A stretch of 64,000 nucleotides of DNA from Myxococcota bacterium (GTDB lineage Bacteria; Myxococcota_A; UBA796; UBA2385), in NCBI GenBank assembly GCA_044344255.1, contig JBIJDH010000003.1:416001-480000 (forward strand), written 5' to 3'. Under the pieces are notes generated by a model that was not told the origin of the DNA, searched no databases, and was given only the letters and a program-made list of their open reading frames with translations. Position numbers and translations under genes: made by a program. Below are positions 48,606-57,998 of the stretch, piece after piece. How positions within the stretch are numbered: position 1 is the stretch's first letter; each line of letters begins with the position of its first letter.

Positions 48606-50240
48606 TCAGTCCCAGGAGAGGGTCAGGGTCTCGCCGGGCGCGGCGGCCTCCGCCTCGGCCACGCTCCCGTCGGGCCAGGTGACGGTGAAGCTGTCGATCT
48701 GTTGGGCGGCGCCCACGCCGAAGTAGAGCTCGGGGGCGTTGGAGCCGAAGGTCACCGAGGGCAGCATCCACTGGGTCACCCGCCGCTCGCCGATCTGGGC
48801 CTCGACCTTGGCGCCGATCGCCGTCCGGTTCAAGCCCTTCCCCTCGAGGAGCACGCGCACGCCGGCGCCGCAGCCGCCCCCGGTGCGCCACTGGCGCATG
48901 AAGTACTTGCCGGCGGTGAGGAGGTCGGGGGTGCCGTCTCGGTCAAAGTCGCCGACCGCGAGGCCGCGCTTACGCTCGCCGTCGTTCCAGCCCACTTCCG
49001 GCCGCTCGAAGGTGCCCGAGGCGGTGCCGGTGAGCAGGACGTCGTACTGGACCTCACCGTCCTCCATGCCCGCCGTGCCGTCCACTGAGCCGATGAGCTC
49101 GGGCTGGCCGAGCTGGCCGTAGACGGTGGCGATGTCCATGTAGCTGTCCTGGTTGATGTCGAGGAAGGTGGTCGACCAGGAGGTGAGGCTCGTGGGCTCC
49201 GGCGGGATGTCGGCGCCGAGCGCGAGGGTGGCGTCGGCGAAGGTGCCGTCACCGAGGTTGATCTGGAGCTTCGCGCCTCCGATGTTCGTGCTGTAGAGGT
49301 CTGGCAGGCCGTCTTCGTTGGCGTCGCCCACCGCGGCGCCCATCGCGTACTGCACGAGCTCACAGGCGCAGTCGGCGTCGCGGGTGAAGTGGGCGGTCCC
49401 GTCGTTGCGCAGCATGCGGTTGGGCTGGATGTACGGCCCCCAGTCATGGGCGAGGTAGATGTCGAGGTCGCCATCGAGATCGTAGTCGATGGGGGAGCCC
49501 TGGAAGGTCCAGCCGAACATGTCCTCGGGCGGAGCCTGGTCGGTGGCGTCGGCGTAGGCGCCGTCGGGCTGGCGGAGGAAGAGCTGGTCTCCCTCGCCGC
49601 TCGTGACCGTGCCGTCGGCCACCGCGGCGCCATCGGAGTCGGTGACCGTGGCGCCCACGAAGAGGTCGAGGTCGAGGTCACCGTCGAAGTCCGCGAAGGC
49701 GCCCGTCATGGTGGCCTTGGTCGCGTTCGGCAGGGTGACGCTCGTGAAGTGGCCGTCGCCGTCGTTCGTGAGGATCTCGGCCAACCACCCGCGGTCGCGG
49801 CCGAGGTAGAGGTCGAGGTCTCCGTCCGCGTCGAGGTCGGCCAAGGCGGCGCTCTGCGCGCTCGGCAGGGGGCCTCCGTTGTCGGTCATCGAGGGGTCGA
49901 GGATGAGGTCGCCGTCGCCGTCGTTGCGGAGGCCGATGGCGCCTCCGCCGTAGGCGAGGACGGCGTCGAGCCAGCCGTCGCCGTCCACGTCGCCCACCGC
50001 GATGCCCTGCTGCGTGTGGCGGTGGTCGTACAGGATCGGCAGCACCTCCTGCGGGAAGTCGTTCTGCAGGGTCATCGTGGTGGGGGTGCAGACGCGCGGT
50101 TCGCCTACGCTGGTGTCGCTGCCGCCGCCGTCTTCACCGCCGGAGTCTGGCGGGCCGTCGCCGCCATCGGCGCCCTTGCCGAGGTCGGAGGGGCCGGCGC
50201 AGGCGAGCAGCAGGAGGGTGACCGGGGTGAGGCGGGCCAT
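48606..50240 (-). CDS. CRTAC1-like lipoprotein (FG-GAP repeats plus ASPIC/UnbV domain), copy 1
   Basis: LLLLAC lipobox; repeated GD[VLF]DGDG.LD; C-terminal NRTAIGAKV...LYFG...VTWPDG. Confidence 0.88.
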   Translation of the reverse strand: MARLTPVTLLLLACAGPSDLGKGADGGDGPPDSGGEDGGGSDTSVGEPRVCTPTTMTLQNDFPQEVLPILYDHRHTQQGIAVGDVDGDGWLDAVLAYGGGAIGLRNDGDGDLILDPSMTDNGGPLPSAQSAALADLDADGDLDLYLGRDRGWLAEILTNDGDGHFTSVTLPNATKATMTGAFADFDGDLDLDLFVGATVTDSDGAAVADGTVTSGEGDQLFLRQPDGAYADATDQAPPEDMFGWTFQGSPIDYDLDGDLDIYLAHDWGPYIQPNRMLRNDGTAHFTRDADCACELVQYAMGAAVGDANEDGLPDLYSTNIGGAKLQINLGDGTFADATLALGADIPPEPTSLTSWSTTFLDINQDSYMDIATVYGQLGQPELIGSVDGTAGMEDGEVQYDVLLTGTASGTFERPEVGWNDGERKRGLAVGDFDRDGTPDLLTAGKYFMRQWRTGGGCGAGVRVLLEGKGLNRTAIGAKVEAQIGERRVTQWMLPSVTFGSNAPELYFGVGAAQQIDSFTVTWPDGSVAEAEAAAPGETLTLSWD

Positions 50241-50247
50241 GGGGGGG

Positions 50248-50347
50248 ACAATACCCGAGTCGAGGGCGGGTTGGACCTCGTCCCGCTGGGTCAAGCCGAT
50301 TGTCATGTGAAGGTCAAGTTCGGGTCAAGTCGAGGTACTATCCCCCG
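50248..50347. promoter_or_regulatory. Divergent promoter region with -10-like hexamers next to both start codons and three GGTCAAG direct repeats
   Basis: TATTGT-C7-ATG (minus) and TACTAT-CCCCCG-ATG (plus); GGTCAAG at 50289, 50312 and 50323. Confidence 0.55.
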
Positions 50348-52006
50348 ATGTGGACCGACCTCCGCGCCTCGCTTCGCCGTTATCCCCTCGGGCTGGGCTG
50401 GCTGTGCCTCGGATGTGCACCCGAGGCGGTGGGGGTGGCCCCTACGGCGGGGGACTCTGGGGGGCCTGACTCCGCCGTCGAGGCGACCTGTGGGGAGGTG
50501 CGCTTCTCCGTCGTACAGGCCTGGGAAGAGGCTGACTTGCCGACCTGGGACCCCGGTGATCGGATCTCTCCGGGCGTCGCCATCGCCGACCTGGACGGCG
50601 ACGGGTGGCCCGACCTCCTCATGGCCTACGGTCGCGGGTCGATGATCCTCCTCAATGACGGGACGGGCCGCTTCGTCCCGGGCCCCACCGACGTGCTCTC
50701 GGGCGGCCCCTTGCCGGGGGCGGGCTCTGTGGCCACCGCCGACCTCGACGGCGACGGGGATGAGGACGCCTGGCTCGGCCGCCGAGACGGGCCTGACCTC
50801 CTCCTCTTCAACGAGGGCCCGAACAGCTGCGGCGGCGGCGAAAGTGGAAGAGACAGCAACAGCGGCCTCCGCTTCCGCGCGGTGGAGGTCGAGGAGAGCG
50901 ATCACAAGCCTTGGACGGGCAGCTTCGGCGATCTCGACCTCGACGGCGATCTCGACCTCATCGTCGGCACCTTTGCCGCAGACTTTGATCCCGCCGCCAT
51001 CATCACCACCGGTGCCACCGGCGCCGGCATGGCGGTCCACCTCCAGACCGAGCCGGGCGTGCTGCACAAGCTCCCCGGTGCCATCCCGGAGGAGGCCCTG
51101 GCCTCCCTCAACCTCCAGCCCACCCTGCTCGACGCCGACCAGGACGGCGACCTCGACGTCTACCTCGCCAATGACTTCGGCCCCTACGTGGTGCCCAACC
51201 GGCTGCTGCTCAACGACGGCACGGGGCGCTTTACCCGCGCGCCCGACTGTGCCTGTGAGCTCTCGATGTTCGCGATGGGCGCCGGCACGGGCGACGCGAA
51301 CGGGGATGGCCTCCCCGACCTCTTCATCTCCAACGTCGGCATGCCCGCCCTGCTGCTCGGCCTCGGAGACGGCAGCTTCTACGACGCCACGCTGGCCTCC
51401 GGCGCCGCGATCCCGCCCACCGCGTCGAACATGACCTCCTGGGGCACCGCCTTCGCCGACATGACGCTCGACGGCTGCGAAGACCTGCTCATCGGCTACG
51501 GCAACCTCAGCGAGTCCTTTGACGTCTCGACCTTGGAGACCGCGGGGGCGGACTGGGAGGACGGGCCGGCCCAGAACGACGTGCTGCTCCGCGGCGACTG
51601 CGAGGGCGGCTTCGAGCGGTGGGATGAGGCCGGCTTCACCGAGCCGGGCCGCTCCCGGGCCCTCGCGGTGGGTGACCTCAACCGAGATGGGCGCCCCGAC
51701 ATCGTCACCGTGGGCAAACACTTCCTCCATGTCTGGATGGCCGAGGGGGGCTGCCCCGCCTTGCGCCTCCGCCTCGACGGGGGGCCCGGCAACCGCCCCG
51801 GCATCGGGGCGAGGGTGCAGGCCTGGTCGGAGGGGAGGCCACAGACCAAGTGGATGCTGCCCGCCACCACCGCCTCCTCCTCCCAGGCCGAGCTCTACTT
51901 CTCGAGCCGGAGCGTCTTCGAGCGAATCGAGGTGACCTGGCCGGGTGGCGCGGTGAGCGAGGTGTCGGATGTGCCGCCAGGCGACGAGCTGCGGATGGTT
52001 CGGTGA
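50348..52006 (+). CDS. CRTAC1-like lipoprotein (FG-GAP repeats plus ASPIC/UnbV domain), copy 2
   Basis: LCLGC lipobox; repeated DLDGDG; NRPGIGARV...ELYF...VTWPGG; clear paralog of copy 1. Confidence 0.88.
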   Translation: MWTDLRASLRRYPLGLGWLCLGCAPEAVGVAPTAGDSGGPDSAVEATCGEVRFSVVQAWEEADLPTWDPGDRISPGVAIADLDGDGWPDLLMAYGRGSMILLNDGTGRFVPGPTDVLSGGPLPGAGSVATADLDGDGDEDAWLGRRDGPDLLLFNEGPNSCGGGESGRDSNSGLRFRAVEVEESDHKPWTGSFGDLDLDGDLDLIVGTFAADFDPAAIITTGATGAGMAVHLQTEPGVLHKLPGAIPEEALASLNLQPTLLDADQDGDLDVYLANDFGPYVVPNRLLLNDGTGRFTRAPDCACELSMFAMGAGTGDANGDGLPDLFISNVGMPALLLGLGDGSFYDATLASGAAIPPTASNMTSWGTAFADMTLDGCEDLLIGYGNLSESFDVSTLETAGADWEDGPAQNDVLLRGDCEGGFERWDEAGFTEPGRSRALAVGDLNRDGRPDIVTVGKHFLHVWMAEGGCPALRLRLDGGPGNRPGIGARVQAWSEGRPQTKWMLPATTASSSQAELYFSSRSVFERIEVTWPGGAVSEVSDVPPGDELRMVR

Positions 52007-52036
52007 GCCCCTCCGCTGAGGACCGAGCCACGGCCC

Positions 52037-52057
52037 GGGGTCAGGGGTCAGGGGTCA
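52037..52057. repeat. 7-bp tandem repeat, 3 copies
   Basis: (GGGGTCA)x3; gives TGA in all three minus-strand frames. Confidence 0.85.
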
Positions 52058-52270
52058 GGGCTGAGCCCGGTCGAGCAGGACCTGGCCGCGGAGGCGTGAC
52101 CAGTCGGGCGTGGGCCAGCGGTCCAGGAGGCCCAACAGCAGGAGCTGCCCGACGAAGAGGACGATCGCGGCGGTGAACAGCAAATCGGGGGCGCTCCAGT
52201 CGCTGCCGACCTCGCCGCTGGAGCGGGCGCTCTGGGCGCGGGGCGGGCGTGGGCGCTTGGCGCGGCTCAT
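52055..52270 (-). CDS. Single-TM microprotein X (module A)
   Basis: 71 aa; DLLFTAAIVLFVGQLLLLGLL; resembles 58689-58844. Confidence 0.55.
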   Translation of the reverse strand: MSRAKRPRPPRAQSARSSGEVGSDWSAPDLLFTAAIVLFVGQLLLLGLLDRWPTPDWSRLRGQVLLDRAQP

Positions 52271-52304
52271 GGGGGTCCTCCAACGAGCGGTTATCCTACC
52301 CCCG

Positions 52305-52631
52305 ATGGCGCTCCGTAGTCGCTCCGCCCCTGACCACGCCCGGACGCTGCTCCTGCTCTGCAGCGCCGTGTTGTTGGGCCTCACCGCGGCCCGGCTCCTC
52401 TACCGGCCCGCGGCGAGCGAGGGCGCAGAGGACCTCCTCCGCCTGCTCGACCAGGACGGTGACGGGGGCCTCAGCCCGGCCGAGTACGCGCGGGTGGCGG
52501 GGGATGAGCTGCCCTTCCAGATCCTCGACCTTGACCGCAGCGGCGCCCTCGAGGCGCAGGAGGTCGACGCCGCGGTCGAGTGGATCTCACCGCTCCGGGC
52601 CTCGCTCTCCTTCGTCGCCCGGGTGCGCTGA
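52305..52631 (+). CDS. Membrane-anchored two-EF-hand protein (module A)
   Basis: N-terminal TM; DQDGDGGLSPAE and DLDRSGALEAQE loops. Confidence 0.8.
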   Translation: MALRSRSAPDHARTLLLLCSAVLLGLTAARLLYRPAASEGAEDLLRLLDQDGDGGLSPAEYARVAGDELPFQILDLDRSGALEAQEVDAAVEWISPLRASLSFVARVR

Positions 52632-52840
52632 TGGCCCTGTCCGCCTCGTCCTCCCGCTGGGCCCTGCCCCTGCTCCTGCTCGCCAACGCGCTCCTGTCGG
52701 GGATGCTCGTCGATCGGACGCTGCGCCTCCGAGATGGCTGGGCGGTCTATCGGATGCGCGTGCAGGCCGCCGAGGCCCTCCGCCGGCTGCCTCCCGCGCC
52801 CGGCGGCCCCGGAGCGGCGCCGCAAGGAGCGAGGCGGTGA
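52631..52840 (+). CDS. Single-TM microprotein Y (module A)
   Basis: 69 aa; TGATG and GTGA overlaps with both neighbours; resembles 58474-58692. Confidence 0.6.
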   Translation: MALSASSSRWALPLLLLANALLSGMLVDRTLRLRDGWAVYRMRVQAAEALRRLPPAPGGPGAAPQGARR

Positions 52841-54297
52841 CCGGCGCCCTGCTGCTGCTCCTCGTGTCGGCGGCCTCGGCGAGCACAGTGGCCTCGGCGG
52901 CCCCCAACCTCGTGCTCATCAGCGTCGACGGCCTCCGCGCCGACCGGGTGGGGCCGCGGGGAGGCCGGCCGAGCGTCACCCCCGCGATCGACCGCCTCGC
53001 CGCGCAGGGCCTCGTCTGCGAGGTCGCCCTCAGCCAGTCGAACGAGAGCCTGTTCTCTCACGCCGCCCTGTTGACCGGGCGGCCGGTCTCCGAGCTCGGC
53101 CGCCCCGACTATCGGCGCTTCACCGTACCCCCGAGCGCGATGCTGCTGCCGGAGATCCTGGCCCTCTACGGATATTCGAGTGGCGCGTTCGTCGCCGGCG
53201 GGCACGTCAAGGGGGTGTATGGCTTCGACCAGGGCTTCTCGGTCTACGCCGATGAGGACGACTTCGGTAGCTTCTTTCACACCGTCCCGCCGGCCCTGGA
53301 GTGGCTCCGGCGTACGGCGCGGGCCCCCTTCTTCCTCTTCTTACACGGCTACGACACTCACCGGCCCTATCAGCACGCCGGCTTCTTCGATCATGTCTGG
53401 GACGCCGACTACACAGGCGACATCGACACCCTGTCGGGGCGCTCCGAGGTGGAGCGGATCTTCGACGGGGTTTATTACCCCGATTTCCCAGTCGAATATT
53501 TTTGGCATGGCGGCGCCGCTGAGCAGATCCTCGATCCCAGCGGCTACGCGCGCCTCGCCGCCTGGGCCGCCGAGCACCCCGGTAGGCCGCTCAGCGACGC
53601 CGATCAGGCCCACCTGCTCGCCCACTACGACACCGGCGCGCTTTCGGCCGACGTTCATGTCGGGCGCTTCGTCGAGGCCCTGAAGGCCCGGGGCCTCTGG
53701 CAGGACACGCTCCTCCTGCTCACGGCCGATCACGGCGAGGACCTCGGTGAGCACGGCTTCTTCAACCACCGCTCCGCCCTCCTCGACAGCACCACCCGGG
53801 TGCCCCTGATCCTCGCCGGCGGCGCCCTCCCGGCGGCCCTCCGCGGTCAGCGGCTCCCGGGACCCTGCTCGGCCCTCGACGTCGTCCCCACCTTGCTCGC
53901 CGCGGCCGGGGCCACGCCCCCCGCCGGTCTTGCAGGGCAGGACCTCCTTCACGATCCGGTGCCCACGGCGGTGATCGTGCAGGAGGGCGTGCTGCCGATG
54001 ATGGCCGTCCGCACCCCCACCCACCGCCTTGTCGTGCAGGGGATCCCCCTCGACACCCCCCTGCTCGAGACCCTCGTGCGCGCCGCCCCGATCGAGGCGC
54101 CTACCTTCCGCCTCTATGACCTGCGGACCGACCCCGAGGAGCAGGTTGATCAGCTCTCCGCGCAGCGCCCCGTGGCCCTCGAGCTCCGAGCGGCGCTGCT
54201 CCGATGGCTGGCGGCCCGCGCGCGCTCGAGCCACGAGGGCGGCCAGCCGGTCGATGCGGCCTTCCAGGAGGTCCTCCGCTCGCGGGGCTACTGGTAG
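52837..54297 (+). CDS. Sulfatase-like (alkaline phosphatase superfamily) exported enzyme (module A)
   Basis: PNLVLISVDGLRAD, SNESLFSHAALLTG, PFFLFLHGYDTH.PY, ADHGE, RVPLI, LYDLRTDPEE. Confidence 0.88.
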   Translation: MTGALLLLLVSAASASTVASAAPNLVLISVDGLRADRVGPRGGRPSVTPAIDRLAAQGLVCEVALSQSNESLFSHAALLTGRPVSELGRPDYRRFTVPPSAMLLPEILALYGYSSGAFVAGGHVKGVYGFDQGFSVYADEDDFGSFFHTVPPALEWLRRTARAPFFLFLHGYDTHRPYQHAGFFDHVWDADYTGDIDTLSGRSEVERIFDGVYYPDFPVEYFWHGGAAEQILDPSGYARLAAWAAEHPGRPLSDADQAHLLAHYDTGALSADVHVGRFVEALKARGLWQDTLLLLTADHGEDLGEHGFFNHRSALLDSTTRVPLILAGGALPAALRGQRLPGPCSALDVVPTLLAAAGATPPAGLAGQDLLHDPVPTAVIVQEGVLPMMAVRTPTHRLVVQGIPLDTPLLETLVRAAPIEAPTFRLYDLRTDPEEQVDQLSAQRPVALELRAALLRWLAARARSSHEGGQPVDAAFQEVLRSRGYW

Positions 54298-54438
54298 TTC
54301 GCGAGGGGGGGAGCGGCCGGCCTCGCGCGGGGTGTCCGGAAACGGTCACCGGGCCGCCGGAATTGACCATCGGCCCGGGCCTTCGCGACCGATAGGCTTG
54401 GAGGGACACCCGCTCCGTCGCCCTGTCTGGAGGCGCCC

Positions 54439-55275
54439 GTGACGTCCCTTCGAAGCTGGCGCCTCGTCGGTCGGGGACAGCCCCCGCTGCCCGGCGGGCT
54501 CGCCGCCCTCGCCCTCTCCGGGGCGCTGCTGGCCGTCTCGCGCCCGGCGGCCGCCGCCGAGGGGCCGCTCACCCGCTCTCTCGACCTCGCGGTCCGCACC
54601 GACGTGCCCGTGCTGGTGGGCGCCGCGGTCACCTGGGAGGGGCCGGCGCGCCTGCGGGGTAGGCTGACGGCGGGCACGATGCCGGGCCCCTATGTAGACC
54701 TCACCAACGCCGCGATGACCGGCTTCGACATCTACAGCGACACGGTGGCCGACATCATCGATCACGCGCTCCGGCGCTCGATCGTGCTCCGGGTCGAGGG
54801 TGGCTTTCGGCCGCTCCCCCGGCGAGGGCTCACCCTCGGCGTGGGCTATCAGCTCCTCACGCTCGGCGGCGACTCGGCCGATCTGAGCCTCTTTGGTGAG
54901 GCCTCGGACCCTGTGCTCGTCGAGCGGGCGCGCTCGCTCACCGGTGACCTCGAGGTGGGCATCACTGATCACATGCTCACCGGAGAGGTCGGCTACGAGT
55001 GGCCGATCCGCGAACACCTGCTCATCGGGACCTCCCTCGGCTTCGCCTACACCGTGTCGGCGGACAGCCGGGTGAGCCCGACGCGGGAGGCGGACGGGCC
55101 GCTCGAGCAGGAGGTCATCGACGCCGCCACGGCCTCCACCGCGGACTATCTCACCTATGTCTTTGAGGAGTGGGTCCACCTGCCGATGATCGGTGTGTCC
55201 GTGGGCTGGCGCTTCAAGCCCCATAGGTCTACGGATGAACAGTCTTTGTCTGAACAGAAGGGGGGCGGACGATGA
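54439..55275 (+). CDS. Hypothetical exported protein, possible outer-membrane beta-barrel
   Basis: Signal peptide; alternating beta-strands; GVSVGWRF near the C-terminus. Confidence 0.55.
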   Translation: MTSLRSWRLVGRGQPPLPGGLAALALSGALLAVSRPAAAAEGPLTRSLDLAVRTDVPVLVGAAVTWEGPARLRGRLTAGTMPGPYVDLTNAAMTGFDIYSDTVADIIDHALRRSIVLRVEGGFRPLPRRGLTLGVGYQLLTLGGDSADLSLFGEASDPVLVERARSLTGDLEVGITDHMLTGEVGYEWPIREHLLIGTSLGFAYTVSADSRVSPTREADGPLEQEVIDAATASTADYLTYVFEEWVHLPMIGVSVGWRFKPHRSTDEQSLSEQKGGGR

Positions 55276-55688
55276 CTCGCGCACGGTTCTTCGACCGAGG
55301 TCGAACGGCCCCGCCTCAGCGGAGGAGCCTCGGGCTGGGGGGGGCGCTCTGGGCGCTCTCCGGCCTGTGGGCGGGCTGCGACAAGCCCGCTCCCGACGAG
55401 TTCGCCGAGGAGTTCCCCGCCCACCTCTGCGACTGGGTCGAGACCTGCGCCACCGGTGGGGAGGGCGACCTCGGCCCGGCCGAGGATGCCTATGACTGTG
55501 AGGGGGAGGCTCTGGACTTCGTTGAGCAGGCCGAGGGCGACACGCGCTGCGCCTACGACGCGGGGCAGGCGCGGCAGTGTCTCGAGGCCTTGGAGGGGGC
55601 CTGTGAGGAGCGGACGGCCATTTATTATGAGTGCAAGCGAGTGTATCGGGGCGACGAGTGCCCGAACGACCTCTCGACGCTCCTCTGA
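55272..55688 (+). CDS. Cys-rich lipoprotein
   Basis: WAGC lipobox; eight further Cys; ATGA overlap. Confidence 0.65.
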   Translation: MTRARFFDRGRTAPPQRRSLGLGGALWALSGLWAGCDKPAPDEFAEEFPAHLCDWVETCATGGEGDLGPAEDAYDCEGEALDFVEQAEGDTRCAYDAGQARQCLEALEGACEERTAIYYECKRVYRGDECPNDLSTLL

Positions 55689-55703
55689 GCGGTGGGTGCC
55701 TGA

Positions 55704-57233
55704 ATGACGGAGCGAATGACCGAGCCCGTCGGGACCGCCCCCGCGGCCCCGCTCTTGAAGGGCCCCGTGCCGGAGCTCCCACCGGGGCCGACGTCTCTCC
55801 CCGTCCCGACCCCAGCCCGGGTTGGCGCGGCGATCCTCGGCCGGCTGCTCGTCTTGCTGGTTCTGCTCGCCGTCACTGCGCCCTTATGGCCGATCTACCT
55901 GCTCTGTCGGCTTGTGCTCGCGCGACCCGCGCAGATCCCGCCGACCTCCTACTTCGCGCGCTGCCTCGGGTCGCTGCTCTTCACGCCGGTGGAGGCCCCC
56001 GCAGGGGCGCCGCAGCTCCGGCCTTGGCATCGCCTCGGCCTCGCCCTGACGCTGCTCCACCGCTGGACGGTCGTGCCGATCGGCGGGCTCGCGCACGCCC
56101 TCGATCGGCTGCTCTACGGGCGGGCCCTCGACGCGGTCCGGGTCGAGGCGCCCCTCTTCGAGCTCAGCGCAGCCCGGAGCGGGAGCACCCAGATCGCGCG
56201 GTATCTCGAGGACGATCCGAGCATCGTTGCGCCCACGGTCCTCCAGATGACCGTCCCCTTCCTGTGGTTCTGGCGGCTCTGGCCGCACACGGTTGGGCGC
56301 TTTGTCTCGATGGAGCGCCTGTCGGCTGTGGTGATGGGCACCTTCTCCGACGGATTTCGGGAGCGACACGAGCTCGACCCGCTCCGCACAGACACCTACG
56401 AGGTCGTCTTTGGCATGGGATACCACATGGATCTGCTCCGCTGCCTCGGCGTGCGGCCCTTCGTCGAGGGCTTCTCCCCGGCCCAGATCCACGCGGCGGG
56501 GCGATGTATGTGGCTGGAGGGGGCCTTGCCCTTCATCGACCAGGTCGGTCGGCTCGCCCTGCTCCAGGCCACCCTCGAGGGCCGAGCGGGCGGTGCGCCG
56601 CTCCAACTGATGGTGAAGGGGCACTTCCTGGCGATCGCCGACCCGCTCGAGGCCCGCTACCCGGACGCGCGCTTCCTCACCGTGCTCCGGGCGCCGGCGC
56701 CCCGCCTCCAGAGCCTGATCAACTTTCATTATTTTAATGCGACAGACTCCATCTTTCCTCGCCTCCCCTGGGCCTGGCTCGTGGGCGCCGCGCTCGAGAC
56801 GGAGGTGGACTACTGCGACCGGGAGCTGGCCTGGTTCAGCCGGGCGGGCGGCGCTCGCCGCGTCGTGGTGCGCTTCGAGGACTATGTGCGGGACTTGCCG
56901 GGGACCCTCCGCAGGGTGCATCAGGAGTGCCTCGATCGGTCGGGTGCGCCCACCCACCTCGCGCAAGCGCACAGCGCGCGGCACCGGAGCGGGTATTCGG
57001 TCAACCGCTCGCTGGAGGAGCTTCACATCGACACCGACGCCCTCGCGCTCCGCCTCTCGGCCTATCGGGCGTGGTGTAAGGACCCGCACCCGGGCCGGGG
57101 GCGCGCTTCAGCCGCTGCGAGGGTCGAGGGCGGCGAGCACGCTCTCTTGAATGGCGCGGACCCTCGGGGAGCGCGCCAGGGCCTCCGGGATGACCACCCG
57201 GAGCGGACAGTCCCTGCCGATCAGCTCGGGTAG
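55704..57233 (+). CDS. Membrane-anchored sulfotransferase
   Basis: 5'-PSB-like AARSGSTQIA; VKGHF; YPDARFLTVLR.P...LQS (3'-PB); VRFEDYVRD. Confidence 0.75.
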   Translation: MTERMTEPVGTAPAAPLLKGPVPELPPGPTSLPVPTPARVGAAILGRLLVLLVLLAVTAPLWPIYLLCRLVLARPAQIPPTSYFARCLGSLLFTPVEAPAGAPQLRPWHRLGLALTLLHRWTVVPIGGLAHALDRLLYGRALDAVRVEAPLFELSAARSGSTQIARYLEDDPSIVAPTVLQMTVPFLWFWRLWPHTVGRFVSMERLSAVVMGTFSDGFRERHELDPLRTDTYEVVFGMGYHMDLLRCLGVRPFVEGFSPAQIHAAGRCMWLEGALPFIDQVGRLALLQATLEGRAGGAPLQLMVKGHFLAIADPLEARYPDARFLTVLRAPAPRLQSLINFHYFNATDSIFPRLPWAWLVGAALETEVDYCDRELAWFSRAGGARRVVVRFEDYVRDLPGTLRRVHQECLDRSGAPTHLAQAHSARHRSGYSVNRSLEELHIDTDALALRLSAYRAWCKDPHPGRGRASAAARVEGGEHALLNGADPRGARQGLRDDHPERTVPADQLG

Positions 57234-57998
57234 GACGGCGACGACGGCGTCGTCGGGGTGTCCGGGGTCAGGGAGCAGGGCGTCGGGGACGAAGGCCAGG
57301 CCCAGATCGGCGAGCACGAGCTGGCGCAGCATGTGCACGTCCGGCGAGACCGCGACCGGCCGCACCTCGACGCCGTGGCCGTCGAGGGTGGGCCAGCGAT
57401 GCGGATCCACGCCGGGGCCGGACCAGGAGAAGAGCTCGTGTTGGTGCAGATCGGCGAGGGAGCTCGGGCAGCCCCGCGCTTGGAGATAGGCGGCGGAGCC
57501 GATGAGCCGCTCGCGCATCGGGAGGACCACCCGGGTCACGTAGGGGCCGAGCGGCGCCTTCGCTCCAAAAAGGAAGGCGATGTCACTGCCATCCTCGAGG
57601 GCCTCCGTGGGATCGGCGAAGGTGCGCGCCTCGATCTTCACCTCCGGGAAGCTGCTCCGCATGGCGATGAAGACCGGCAGCATGGCGTGCGGCGCCAGCC
57701 CCGCCGGCAGGGCCACCCGGAGCAGCCCGCCGCGCCCGCCGCCCACCTCGCGGGCGGTGGCGATCAGGGCCTGGCTCTCCTGGAGGATGCGCCGTCCGCG
57801 GGACTCGATGAGCTGGCCCGCCTCGGTGAGGGTGGCGCCCTGGGCACCTCGGACCAGCAGGGGCGCGCCGATTCGCCCCTCAAGGTCGTCCAACCGGCGG
57901 CGGAGCGTGCTGCGGGGGAGGCCGAGGGTGTCGGCGGCGGCGAGGAGCGAGCCGGTGTCGGCCACCGCCAGGAAGGCGCGGAGCTCATTCATGTCCAT
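57108..57998 (-). CDS. LysR family transcriptional regulator
   Basis: LRAFLAVADTGSLLAAA..LG...STL.RRL..LE..IGAPLL.R...LTEAG. Confidence 0.93.
   Translation of the reverse strand: MDMNELRAFLAVADTGSLLAAADTLGLPRSTLRRRLDDLEGRIGAPLLVRGAQGATLTEAGQLIESRGRRILQESQALIATAREVGGGRGGLLRVALPAGLAPHAMLPVFIAMRSSFPEVKIEARTFADPTEALEDGSDIAFLFGAKAPLGPYVTRVVLPMRERLIGSAAYLQARGCPSSLADLHQHELFSWSGPGVDPHRWPTLDGHGVEVRPVAVSPDVHMLRQLVLADLGLAFVPDALLPDPGHPDDAVVAVLPELIGRDCPLRVVIPEALARSPRVRAIQESVLAALDPRSG

Noticed and set aside
52037..52057. (GGGGTCA)3 as a dedicated functional element
   Set aside because: Only three copies; simplest explanation is slippage at a gene's stop codon
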